A stretch of 64,000 nucleotides of DNA from an uncultured bacterium. Its GTDB lineage: Bacteria > Verrucomicrobiota > Kiritimatiellia > CAIKKV01 > CAITUY01. The notes beneath the pieces are model-generated. The model saw only the letters and a list, made by a program, of their open reading frames with translations. It was not told where the DNA came from and searched no databases. The DNA is taken from assembly GCA_903908715.1 (NCBI GenBank), contig CAIVSY010000111.1, positions 58,655-122,654 on the forward strand. The letters are read 5' to 3'. The translations under genes were made by a program, and so were the position numbers. Positions 47,173 through 56,353 of the stretch are shown piece by piece; the stretch's first letter is position 1; each line of letters begins with the position of its first letter.

Positions 47173-47913
47173 ATGAACCCCTGGGATATAGCCCTGATCG
47201 CCGTGGTCTCGGTCATGGGAACCGCCGTGGCCTACCTCCGCAATCCGCAACATAAGGCGTTCATGCTGATGCTCCCGGTGCCGTTCTCCCTGGCAACCAT
47301 GTCAGTGGGGCAACCGGTCGACGCCACAAATGTCGTGGGGATCGCTGTCCTGTTCCTTTTCTCCGCAGGGGTCTGGTTCCTCCATGCCCGCCTCCGCTGG
47401 CCCATCGTGCCAGTGATCCTCCTCTGCGCCATCGCCTACTGCCTCATCGGATCTGGACTGGCTCGTCTGCTCCCTAAGGGTAATCTCGCCTTCTGGGCGG
47501 CAATCGCCATCGTCGGCCTCATCGCCCTGCTCCTGATACGGAGCCTCCCCCATTTGGAGGAACCCCACTACCGCACACCGCTGCCCGTCTGGATCAAACT
47601 TCCGGCCATTGCGCTGATCATTCTTGGCATCGTTGCCATCAAGCAGCAACTCGGCGGGTTCATGACCGCATTCCCGATGGTCGGCACCATCACCGCCTAT
47701 GAGGCACGGCACAGCCTCTGGACCATCCTCCGGCGCATCCCCTGGATCATGATCCTCATCCTCCCCATGCATAGCGTCATGCGTCTCACCCAGGACCATA
47801 TCGGGGTGGGCGGGGCGCTGCTGGTCGGCTGGCCGGTTTTCCTGTTTTTCCTCTGGCTCCTGCGCAGAAGCTACACCGTGGCGTCCCACCCTATCGCACA
47901 AGGGGAGGCATGA
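47173..47913 (+). CDS. Polytopic membrane protein, unknown function
   Basis: 246 aa with about 7 hydrophobic helices. Its stop overlaps the start of the next gene (ATGATG). Confidence 0.5.
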   Translation: MNPWDIALIAVVSVMGTAVAYLRNPQHKAFMLMLPVPFSLATMSVGQPVDATNVVGIAVLFLFSAGVWFLHARLRWPIVPVILLCAIAYCLIGSGLARLLPKGNLAFWAAIAIVGLIALLLIRSLPHLEEPHYRTPLPVWIKLPAIALIILGIVAIKQQLGGFMTAFPMVGTITAYEARHSLWTILRRIPWIMILILPMHSVMRLTQDHIGVGGALLVGWPVFLFFLWLLRRSYTVASHPIAQGEA

Positions 47914-49640
47914 TGTTCATGCGTTGGCCAAGATCCTGCCTTGCGCCTGGTCAAAGGTTACTGGCAACAATCGCGGGAGGACTGCTCATGATCGTGAATG
48001 CCCATGCCGCCGGGGAAGACGACCCGATCCGCCTGCACGTCGGTAACCGTGTGCTGAACCCGATTGATTCACGTCTCTTCGGGCAGTTCCTCGAACGCCC
48101 GAGCTGGGGTGAGACCGGGCCGGAAGCGGCGGTAAACCATGAGGGATCCCTGCCGGGAGACATCACCACGGAACTGCGCGCCATGCGCATCCCCATTGTG
48201 CGCTTTCCAGGCGGCACGGATGTCGACTTCACCGACTGGACCGACATGGTTTCAAATGTGCCCGGCCGCGCGGAACCCGGCCGCCCCGTCACCGTGGGAC
48301 ACCAAGGCCACAAGGTGACGAACCGCTTCGGCTACGATGAATACTTCCGCCTCGCCAAGGACCTGGACTGGCAGACCATCCTGGTCGTCAACTTCCTCGA
48401 CGGCCTGCTGAAGCGCAAGCCGCTTGATGAGGCCGCACGCCACGCGGCCGGCCTCGTCGCCTACGTCACTGCCCGCGAAGGCTCGAAACTCCCCCCGGGA
48501 ATGCCAGACTGGCCCGCCCTGCGCCGTTCCAACGGGCACGCCGAGCCGCATGGGGTCAGGATCTTCCAGATCGGCAACGAATGGTTCATGGGGCATTACA
48601 AGGAGCATGCCCTGAAGACCACCGGCGCCAGGGACATGAAGGAGTTGGCCGCCTGGTACGTCACCTGCATCGCTGCCTACGCGGATGCCATGCGCGCGGT
48701 GGATCCAGGCATCGAACTCATCATGGATGCCCAGATGGGCGACGGCGAACTCGAGCGGCTGGTACTCGAGCATCCCGAGGTCCGGCGCCGCGTCCAGTAT
48801 GTGGCCATGCATCGCTATGCACCGTGGAAGACCGCAGCCGCCGAACGCGACGGCAAGTCCGTCCCCTTGGACAGCCTCGATCCGGCGGAGACCTGGCTCG
48901 CCCTGGCCTCCACTCCAGGCTGCTATGAGGACGGGGTGAGTACTGCCTTCGGAACAAGGCACCTCTTTCTTAAGGACCTCGGCTACAAGGTCGCGGCCAC
49001 CGAATGGAACTGGAACGGATCCGGCCTGCGTGCGCTCAGGCTGCCTGCCGGCCTCCATTACACCCATGCCGCCGCTCTCGGCGCCGCCGGCTTCCTGCAG
49101 GGCCTGCTGCGCCTCGGCGACCTGGTCGCCATCGCCAACCAGTCCATGCTGGTTGGCCAGAACTGGCAGATCGCCGCCATCCGCCCGGCCAACCCGGAGA
49201 AGGGGTCTCCCCTCCACCTCAACGGCCAGGGGGCCGTGACCACCCTTTACAACCTCCACCACGGCGACCGCCGGCTGGAACTCACCGCGGAGCATGTGCC
49301 GACAGTCGTGCAGCATCTGGCACTGGGAGCGGCCTCTCCGATTCCGCAGGTTGCCCTGCTCGACGCAGTGGCCACCCGCTCCGAAAAGTCGCTCTACCTG
49401 CACGTAATCAACCGCGCCTGCGACCGGGACCTTGCGGCGGAAATCGACCTGAAAGCACTCGGCGTGGGCGACAGCAGGGCGACACTCCATTCACTCGTCC
49501 CCGCACCGATGGAAGCCGATCCGCGGAAGATGCGCGCGATCATGATCAACCAGGACGCAACGGCGACGGTCCGAAACGGGATCGGCGCTGTGGTTTTTCC
49601 GCGATGCTCGGTCTCGGTAATGGAAATCAATCTCGAATGA
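47910..49640 (+). CDS. Secreted glycoside hydrolase, clan GH-A-like (β/α)8 barrel plus C-terminal β-sandwich (GH51/GH79-like)
   Basis: 576 aa. Signal peptide (…LLMIVNAHAAG), FQIGNEWF (NE acid/base motif of clan GH-A), and a C-terminal β-sandwich region. Confidence 0.5.
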   Translation: MMFMRWPRSCLAPGQRLLATIAGGLLMIVNAHAAGEDDPIRLHVGNRVLNPIDSRLFGQFLERPSWGETGPEAAVNHEGSLPGDITTELRAMRIPIVRFPGGTDVDFTDWTDMVSNVPGRAEPGRPVTVGHQGHKVTNRFGYDEYFRLAKDLDWQTILVVNFLDGLLKRKPLDEAARHAAGLVAYVTAREGSKLPPGMPDWPALRRSNGHAEPHGVRIFQIGNEWFMGHYKEHALKTTGARDMKELAAWYVTCIAAYADAMRAVDPGIELIMDAQMGDGELERLVLEHPEVRRRVQYVAMHRYAPWKTAAAERDGKSVPLDSLDPAETWLALASTPGCYEDGVSTAFGTRHLFLKDLGYKVAATEWNWNGSGLRALRLPAGLHYTHAAALGAAGFLQGLLRLGDLVAIANQSMLVGQNWQIAAIRPANPEKGSPLHLNGQGAVTTLYNLHHGDRRLELTAEHVPTVVQHLALGAASPIPQVALLDAVATRSEKSLYLHVINRACDRDLAAEIDLKALGVGDSRATLHSLVPAPMEADPRKMRAIMINQDATATVRNGIGAVVFPRCSVSVMEINLE

Positions 49641-49668
49641 AAGCACTGCAATCAAGGGGACATCCTCA

Positions 49669-50835
49669 ATGAACAACACGCAAGGGTTTACTCAGTTTTC
49701 CGGAAAGTGGCAGGAACGCGCACAGCTCACATGGGATACCATTGCGCTGAAGCCCACGAAGGGCATTCCCACCTGGGGCATCAACGACATGCAATGGTCG
49801 CACTTGGATGACCTGAGCGGCAACCCGCGCGGCAGCTATGAGAGGGAGCCCGAACGCGTATACCTGGAGTTCCAGCAGAAGGCCGTGGGCTGCTGCGGCG
49901 GTGACCAATGGATCCCCACCAACCCGCTCTCCATGAAGGACCAGGGCTATGAGACCGAAGAGCGCAGCGCCACAACCGGATCACACGAGATTGTCTGCGA
50001 CGGCATGGTGATCGACTCGCCGGAGGCGGTCGTCGAGCATTTGGAGAAACATTGGTTCCCAAACATGGTGTCCTGGGGGCAGAACGTGGAGAAGGACGCG
50101 GACGCGTTCGTTGCCAGGCACATCGCCGAGGAAGTGGACATCCAGAAGTTCTTCGGAATGAACATGCTCAAGTGGCCCTACTGGAACATGCATCCCCACT
50201 TCCGGTACTACGAATACGGCTACGAGAACTACTTCATGGCCTACGCGCTCTATCCGGAGGTGATCGAGCACGACTTCAAGTTGCAGGCGGACCTTGGCGA
50301 GATCCACAACAAGCTGTATGCCCGCGCCATCATCGAGGGCGGGCTCCCGCGCCTGATGCGGCTCGATCACGACATGGCTGACTCGCGCGGCATGCTTGTG
50401 GACATCAAGACGCTCGACAAGATCTGGCTCCCCCACTTCGCACGCTCCATCAAGCCGCTGATCGATGCCGGTATTCGCTGCATCTGGCACTGCGACGGTA
50501 ACCTGATGGACCTCGTGCCGCGCCTGCTGGAGTCCGGGCTCGGCGGCTTCCAGGGGTTCCAGTACGAGGATGGCATGGATTACGAGAAGATCTGCAAGAT
50601 GAAGACCCGCGACGGCGACGACCTCTTCATCATCGCCGGCGTCTCGGTCACCACCACCATCCCCCTCGGCACACCCGCCGACATCCGCAAGCAGATGAAG
50701 TGGCTCGTGGACAACGGCCCGAAGCGCGGCCTCATGCTGGGCGGATCCAGCTCCATCGCGCCCGGTGTGCCGATCGAGAACATCAAGGCCCTGTGCGAGG
50801 GTTTTGCGTATTACCGCGAACACGGAAGAGGATAG
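49669..50835 (+). CDS. Uroporphyrinogen decarboxylase (URO-D) family protein, MtaA/CmuA-like
   Basis: 388 aa. CDGNLMDLVPRLLESGLGGFQGFQ and LMLGGSSSIAPGVPIENIKAL resemble the URO-D/MtaA C-terminal half. Confidence 0.55.
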   Translation: MNNTQGFTQFSGKWQERAQLTWDTIALKPTKGIPTWGINDMQWSHLDDLSGNPRGSYEREPERVYLEFQQKAVGCCGGDQWIPTNPLSMKDQGYETEERSATTGSHEIVCDGMVIDSPEAVVEHLEKHWFPNMVSWGQNVEKDADAFVARHIAEEVDIQKFFGMNMLKWPYWNMHPHFRYYEYGYENYFMAYALYPEVIEHDFKLQADLGEIHNKLYARAIIEGGLPRLMRLDHDMADSRGMLVDIKTLDKIWLPHFARSIKPLIDAGIRCIWHCDGNLMDLVPRLLESGLGGFQGFQYEDGMDYEKICKMKTRDGDDLFIIAGVSVTTTIPLGTPADIRKQMKWLVDNGPKRGLMLGGSSSIAPGVPIENIKALCEGFAYYREHGRG

Positions 50836-50873
50836 GAAGAGTCTAGAAGGAATCCAGAAGAGAAAGACAGACA

Positions 50874-52820
50874 ATGAAACAGGTAAAGCTATTCAACACC
50901 AACAAGCGCGTCAAACTGGGCATGTGGGGGCTGGGGCGCGGCTTCAGCTTCTTCGACATGTGCAAGCAGCTCAACATCGATGTGGTCGCCGGCTGCGACT
51001 ACAACGAGCACATGCGCGAGAACTTCCTGCGCCACAACCCCGGCGCCTTCGCCACGGCCGATGCGGATGAGTTCCTGCAACAGGATTTCGACGCGGTGCT
51101 GCTGGCCACCTATTGCCCTAACCATGCACCCGATGCCATCCGTTGCCTCAAGGCGGGCAAGCATGTGTTGTCGGAGGTAACCTCTTTCCGCACCATGGCC
51201 GAGGGCGTCGAACTGGTCGATGCGGTCGAGAAATACGGGAAGATTTACAACCTGGCCGAAAATTATCCCTTCAGCGCGGCCAATTCATGGCTCACCCGGA
51301 AGTGGAAGGAAGGCCTCTTCGGCGAGCTCCAGTACGCCGAGTACGAGTACGTCCACGAGTGCCGCGGCCTCCAGTACACCTACATCGATGGCGTGCCGGT
51401 CCAGCCCGGCCACGCCCTGCACAATTGGCGCAGCTGGCAGGCGTACCACTATTACTGCACCCACTCGCTCGGCCCGGTCATGATCATCACCGGCCTGCGG
51501 CCGGTCCAGGTCGTGGCGCTCCCTACGGCCCACGCCATCCCGGGCCAGGTCCGGCCCCGCGTTGACGGGCATGATATGGCGGTCGCGCCCTCGCTCATCC
51601 GCATGAGCAATGGCGGCGTGGTCCGCAATCTCATGGGCACCACCACAAACGACACCCACCACCAACGCCTCTGGGGCACGCTCGCCTCAGCTGAGGTCGA
51701 AGGCGACAGCCTCTCCCTGCGCCTGGGCGGGTCCGGCGGAACCCTCAAGCAGCCCGTCACACCCAGCTGGGACAGCCTCGGAAAACTGGCAGCCAGTACC
51801 GGCCACGGCGGCGGCGACTTCTGGGTCCTTTACTACTTCGTCCGCCAAATCCTCACGGGTGAACCGGCCCCGTTCGACATCTACACCGCCGCCGATGTCA
51901 CCATCCCCGGCATCCTCTCCCTGCGCTCCGCAGTGGAGGGCGGCAAGGCCTACGACGTCCCGGACTTCCGCGATAAGGCCCAACGCGAAGCCTGGCGCAA
52001 CGACACCTGGGCCCAGGAGCCGATCGACACGCGGACCTACGCATTCGGACCTGGCGCAGATACATCACGCGGCGCGGCCGACTTCTCCCGCACGATGGCC
52101 GACCTTACCCGCCACGCCCCGGATGTGCGCGCCTGGCTCGATTGGCAGAAGGTCGAGATCCAGAGCCCCGAGGCCATCGTTCCGGTCGGACAGACCGTCG
52201 TGAACAATCATCCGGCCACCGTCGAGATCTACCGGCGCGCCCGCCGTATCGCCGAGGCCTACCCCGGCACCGAAGGCGCACGCGTACTGCTGGAGATGCT
52301 CGACCTCGGCTGCGAGAAGGATGTCCTGGACAAGGGGTTCCTGGCCAAGGTCAAGCGGACGCTCGCCGCCATCAAGCGCAAGCACAACCTCTCCGGACTT
52401 CGCATCGAGGACGTCAAGGCCACCGGCCTGTTGCCGAAGCCGAAGAAGATCGCCGAGGCGGTCAAGCCCGGCAAAACGGTGCGCTTCTCGCATGACGCCG
52501 AGTTCGCAACCCACGGCGGCGGCATGTGGTTCGTCTGCCACATCCACGAGAAGAAGAAGGACGGCCTAATCTACCTGCGCGGCACGATCGATATGGCGAA
52601 GGCTGGCAAGGGCACGCTCCTCTACGGCGTGGACGGCCCCGCCAAACTCTGGCTGAACGGCAAGGAAGTGGATTGCCGGCCTGCCGCGAAAAATCCCGTC
52701 ATTCCCGATCAGTACAAGCTCAACGTGTCCTGGAAGAAAGGCGCAAACGAGGTACTCTTCGCGCTGGATACAAAGAAGGGCCATTCCTGGGGCGTCTGCG
52801 CACGGGGCGAGTTGAATTAG
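50874..52820 (+). CDS. Gfo/Idh/MocA family oxidoreductase (paralogue 2) fused to a roughly 250-aa C-terminal extension
   Basis: The N-terminal 400 aa is a Gfo/Idh/MocA fold with ENYPF and TGHGGGDFW motifs. The extension ends in a β-sandwich-like segment (…KLWLNGKEV…). Confidence 0.75.
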   Translation: MKQVKLFNTNKRVKLGMWGLGRGFSFFDMCKQLNIDVVAGCDYNEHMRENFLRHNPGAFATADADEFLQQDFDAVLLATYCPNHAPDAIRCLKAGKHVLSEVTSFRTMAEGVELVDAVEKYGKIYNLAENYPFSAANSWLTRKWKEGLFGELQYAEYEYVHECRGLQYTYIDGVPVQPGHALHNWRSWQAYHYYCTHSLGPVMIITGLRPVQVVALPTAHAIPGQVRPRVDGHDMAVAPSLIRMSNGGVVRNLMGTTTNDTHHQRLWGTLASAEVEGDSLSLRLGGSGGTLKQPVTPSWDSLGKLAASTGHGGGDFWVLYYFVRQILTGEPAPFDIYTAADVTIPGILSLRSAVEGGKAYDVPDFRDKAQREAWRNDTWAQEPIDTRTYAFGPGADTSRGAADFSRTMADLTRHAPDVRAWLDWQKVEIQSPEAIVPVGQTVVNNHPATVEIYRRARRIAEAYPGTEGARVLLEMLDLGCEKDVLDKGFLAKVKRTLAAIKRKHNLSGLRIEDVKATGLLPKPKKIAEAVKPGKTVRFSHDAEFATHGGGMWFVCHIHEKKKDGLIYLRGTIDMAKAGKGTLLYGVDGPAKLWLNGKEVDCRPAAKNPVIPDQYKLNVSWKKGANEVLFALDTKKGHSWGVCARGELN

Positions 52821-52838
52821 ACAAAAAGGGAACACCAC

Positions 52839-53906
52839 ATGACCGACCTCATCCATATCAAGGACGTTGACCGCAAGTTCTACGCCGAGCGCATCCGGGA
52901 CTGGCTGCCGGAAAGAATCATCGACGTTCACACCCATATCTGGCGCAAGAGCGACTTTGTCGCGAACGAAAAGGTCAAAGGCGCACAGAACATTGTCAGT
53001 TGGCCCGGCCTCGTGGCCGCCGATAACCCGGTCGAGGACCTGGTCGAGACCTACAGGCTCATGTTGCCCGGCAAGAAGGTCACCCCGTTGGTCTTCCCGA
53101 CCGTGCCGCAGGAGGGCAACCTCGAGGCCCAGAACCGGTACACGTCCGAGGCGTCGAAAAGGGCAAAGCTTCCGGCCCTGATCTGGAGCAGCCCGAAGTG
53201 GAGCGCCAGCGAATTCGAGCAGCGCATCCGCAACGGCGGCTTTCTCGGCATCAAGGCCTACCTCACCGACGCCGCCGACTACATTCCGGCCAAGGAGGTG
53301 CGGATGTACGACTTCTTCCCGCACCACCAGCTCGAGGTCTGCGACCGCAACAAGTGGATCGTGATGCTGCACATCCCGCGGGATGGCCGTCTTAAGGATC
53401 CGGTCAACATCGCACAGATGATTGAGATCGACCGCGACTTCCCGAACGCGCAGGTCATCATCGCCCACGTCGGCCGCGCCTACGTCGACGCCGACATGGA
53501 GGGAGCCTTCGAGAAGCTTTCCGTGACGCGAAACATCGTCTTCGACTTCTCGGCCAACACCAACGCCAACGTCTTCACGGCCCTCCTGCGCTGCGTCGGA
53601 CCGAAGCGGGTCTGCTTCGGCAGCGACATGCCCATCCTGCGCATGCGCATGAAGCGCATCGAGCGCAACGGCCACTACGTCAACCTCGTCCCCAGGGGCC
53701 TCTACGGCGACGTCTCGAACGACAAGAACATGGGCGAAGTCGACGGCGCCGAAGCCGACGCCCTCACCTTCTTCCTCTACGAGGAACTCAACGCCTTCCG
53801 CACAGCCGCCGAACGCGTCGGCCTCTCCCGCGCCGACCTCGAGGACGTCTTCTACAACAACGCGGCGCACATACTGAAGAAGGCCGGATATGCAAACCTT
53901 GGCTAG
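52839..53906 (+). CDS. Amidohydrolase-2 family metal-dependent hydrolase (TIM barrel; lactonase/decarboxylase family)
   Basis: 355 aa. IDVHTHIW N-terminal His-x-His metal motif and a later HVGRAY…D pattern. Confidence 0.65.
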   Translation: MTDLIHIKDVDRKFYAERIRDWLPERIIDVHTHIWRKSDFVANEKVKGAQNIVSWPGLVAADNPVEDLVETYRLMLPGKKVTPLVFPTVPQEGNLEAQNRYTSEASKRAKLPALIWSSPKWSASEFEQRIRNGGFLGIKAYLTDAADYIPAKEVRMYDFFPHHQLEVCDRNKWIVMLHIPRDGRLKDPVNIAQMIEIDRDFPNAQVIIAHVGRAYVDADMEGAFEKLSVTRNIVFDFSANTNANVFTALLRCVGPKRVCFGSDMPILRMRMKRIERNGHYVNLVPRGLYGDVSNDKNMGEVDGAEADALTFFLYEELNAFRTAAERVGLSRADLEDVFYNNAAHILKKAGYANLG

Positions 53907-54012
53907 CGGAGGCTACCCAAAAGAACTGGAGGGCCGGTTTTCACCCCGACCCAAGAGCAGCGGGCGGCGTGGAAGCCGTCCCTCCACAGGTAAGAAACGA
54001 TAAGGACACAAT

Positions 54013-55104
54013 ATGGACACCCTGCTGTACAAGTCCGACTGGAAGGAAACCAAGGAACGCTACAAGGCCTGGTGGAATCATGAGTACATCGGCCGCGCCG
54101 CCATCTGGGTGGAGGCGCCGCTGGACAATCCGCCGCCCATTGCCGAACCGCCCCGCCATACCTCGGTGCACCAGAAGTGGTACGATCTCGAACACATCGA
54201 CCGCTGGAACCGGTACAACATGGCCCGGACGTTCTACGGCGGTGAGGCGGTTCCCCACTGGCACCCCGGCTATCCCGGCAACAACAGCATGTACGCGCTG
54301 CTGGGAGGCAAGGTCAACCTGGATGAGGAGACCGGGTGGGCCGACGAACATCACCTGCCGCTGGCTGAGAACACGGATTTCCGCCGCCTCAAAACCAACC
54401 TCCAGCACCCCGACTGGCTATGGACTCAGGAGATGCTGCGCTTCGCGGTTGAGCGCTCAGCCGGCAAGTGCCTTGTCGCCACCGGCGCTTTCGGCGGCTC
54501 CGGCGACACGCTGGCGGGCCTGCGCGGCAACCAGCAACTTCTCGTCGACTGCATGGACTGCCCCGACTGGGTGCGCGAGGCCGACCTCTATCTGATGGAT
54601 CTCTGGATCGAGCACTACGAGCGCCTCTACGCCTGCGTGGACCAGCACAATGAGGGCTCGATCGGCTGGTTCCCGCTCTGGGCACCCGGAAAATTCTACG
54701 CCGCCCAAAACGACTTCTCCTACATGATCGGGCCCCACACCTTCCGCGAACTGTTCATGCCGGCGCTGCGCAAGCAAATGGACTACCTGGACTATGCCAT
54801 CTACCATGTGGACGGCAAAGGTGCCTTTGCCCACGTCGAAGCCCTCTGCGAGATCGAACGGCTCCAGGCCATCCAGATCCTGCCCGGCGAGGGGCAGCCC
54901 AGTGCACTGCATTTCATGGATGTGCTGCACAAGGTGCAGCGCGCGGGCAAGAACCTCCAATTCTACCTGCCGCCCGATGAAATCGAACAGGCCCTGTCGC
55001 AACTGTCTGCACGTGGACTGATCATCCACACCTGGGCGCGCAGCGAGACCGAGGCCAGGGAACTCCTGAGGAATGTGGAGCGGTGGTCCGTCGACAGGGG
55101 ATAA
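54013..55104 (+). CDS. Hypothetical protein
   Basis: 363 aa, natural composition, no TM segment. Sits between the amidohydrolase and the third Gfo/Idh/MocA gene. Confidence 0.45.
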   Translation: MDTLLYKSDWKETKERYKAWWNHEYIGRAAIWVEAPLDNPPPIAEPPRHTSVHQKWYDLEHIDRWNRYNMARTFYGGEAVPHWHPGYPGNNSMYALLGGKVNLDEETGWADEHHLPLAENTDFRRLKTNLQHPDWLWTQEMLRFAVERSAGKCLVATGAFGGSGDTLAGLRGNQQLLVDCMDCPDWVREADLYLMDLWIEHYERLYACVDQHNEGSIGWFPLWAPGKFYAAQNDFSYMIGPHTFRELFMPALRKQMDYLDYAIYHVDGKGAFAHVEALCEIERLQAIQILPGEGQPSALHFMDVLHKVQRAGKNLQFYLPPDEIEQALSQLSARGLIIHTWARSETEARELLRNVERWSVDRG

Positions 55105-55143
55105 GGAATTTGTTATAGAGCCCGGCAACAGGAGACAAACGAC

Positions 55144-56253
55144 ATGAAATCCACGCTCAATCTCGGAATCGTTGGAGCCTGCGGACGCGGTTCCAGCTTC
55201 AAGGCCGCCTGCGACGCCATGCCCAATGTTTCCGTACACGCCGTGTGCGACACGAACGAGGCAGGCCTCGCCGAGGCCCGCGAGCGCCTCGGGGCCCGTG
55301 AGCAATACACCAGCTACGAGGCCATGATCGAGAAATCGGACCTCGACGCGGTCATCATCGGCACGCCCATGCATTTCCACGTGCCGCAGGCGCTCGCCGC
55401 GCTCCAGCGCAACCTGCACGTGCTTTCTGAAGTGACCGCCGGGATCTCGATCGAGGAATGCCGCGCGCTCGTCGCCGCCTGCAAGGCGAGCAAGGGCGTC
55501 TATATGATGGCCGAGAACTACACCTACATGCAGCAGAACGTGATTGTCCGCGAGTTGGTCCGCCGCGGCCTGTTCGGAACGCCGTACTACGCCGAGGGCG
55601 AATACATCCACGAGCTCAAGGGCCTGAACGAGGCCACCGTCTGGCGCCGCAAGTGGCAGACCGGCATCAACGGCGTCACCTACGGCACCCACAGCCTCGG
55701 CCCCATTCTCCAGTGGATGCCCGGCGAACGCGTGGTCTCCGTTTGCGGCGCCGGCTCAGGCCACCATTACCGCGACGCGCGCGGCGCCCAGTACGAGAAC
55801 GAGGATTCCTGCATCATGCTCTGCAAAATGACCTCCGGCGGCCTGGTCAAGATCCGTGTGGACATGCTCTCCGACCGCCCGCATGCCTGCACCAACTACC
55901 AGCTCCAGGGCACCGATGGCGCCTACGAGTCCGGCCGGGCGCATGGGGAGAAGGACCGCGTCTGGCTGCGTGCGCGCTCCTCGAACTGCGACAACTGGAC
56001 CGACCTCGCCGATCTCAAGGAGGAATTCCTCCCCGACTTCTGGAAGGAAGGCATGGAGCGCGCCGAGGCAGCCGGCCACGGCGGCGGTGACTACTTCGAA
56101 ATCCTCGACTTCGTCGACGCCATCCTCGGCCGACGCCCTTGCCCCATCGGCATCCACGAGGCGATGGATATGACCTTGCCGGGGCTGGTCAGCCAGCAGT
56201 CCATACTCCGGAGCGGAGCCTGGCTCGATGTCCCCGATTCGCGCACATGGTAA
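55144..56253 (+). CDS. Gfo/Idh/MocA family oxidoreductase (paralogue 3, GHGGGDYF motif)
   Basis: 369 aa. LGIVGACGRG Rossmann motif, ENYTY and AGHGGGDYF blocks. Confidence 0.8.
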   Translation: MKSTLNLGIVGACGRGSSFKAACDAMPNVSVHAVCDTNEAGLAEARERLGAREQYTSYEAMIEKSDLDAVIIGTPMHFHVPQALAALQRNLHVLSEVTAGISIEECRALVAACKASKGVYMMAENYTYMQQNVIVRELVRRGLFGTPYYAEGEYIHELKGLNEATVWRRKWQTGINGVTYGTHSLGPILQWMPGERVVSVCGAGSGHHYRDARGAQYENEDSCIMLCKMTSGGLVKIRVDMLSDRPHACTNYQLQGTDGAYESGRAHGEKDRVWLRARSSNCDNWTDLADLKEEFLPDFWKEGMERAEAAGHGGGDYFEILDFVDAILGRRPCPIGIHEAMDMTLPGLVSQQSILRSGAWLDVPDSRTW

Positions 56254-56353
56254 AAAGCCGCCCGCCCAGGAATCGGACGCGGTTGAGTCGATCCGGCGCA
56301 CGCCCTGCACCATGGAACGGATTGACGAGCACCGGCTTGGAATGCCGAATTCT

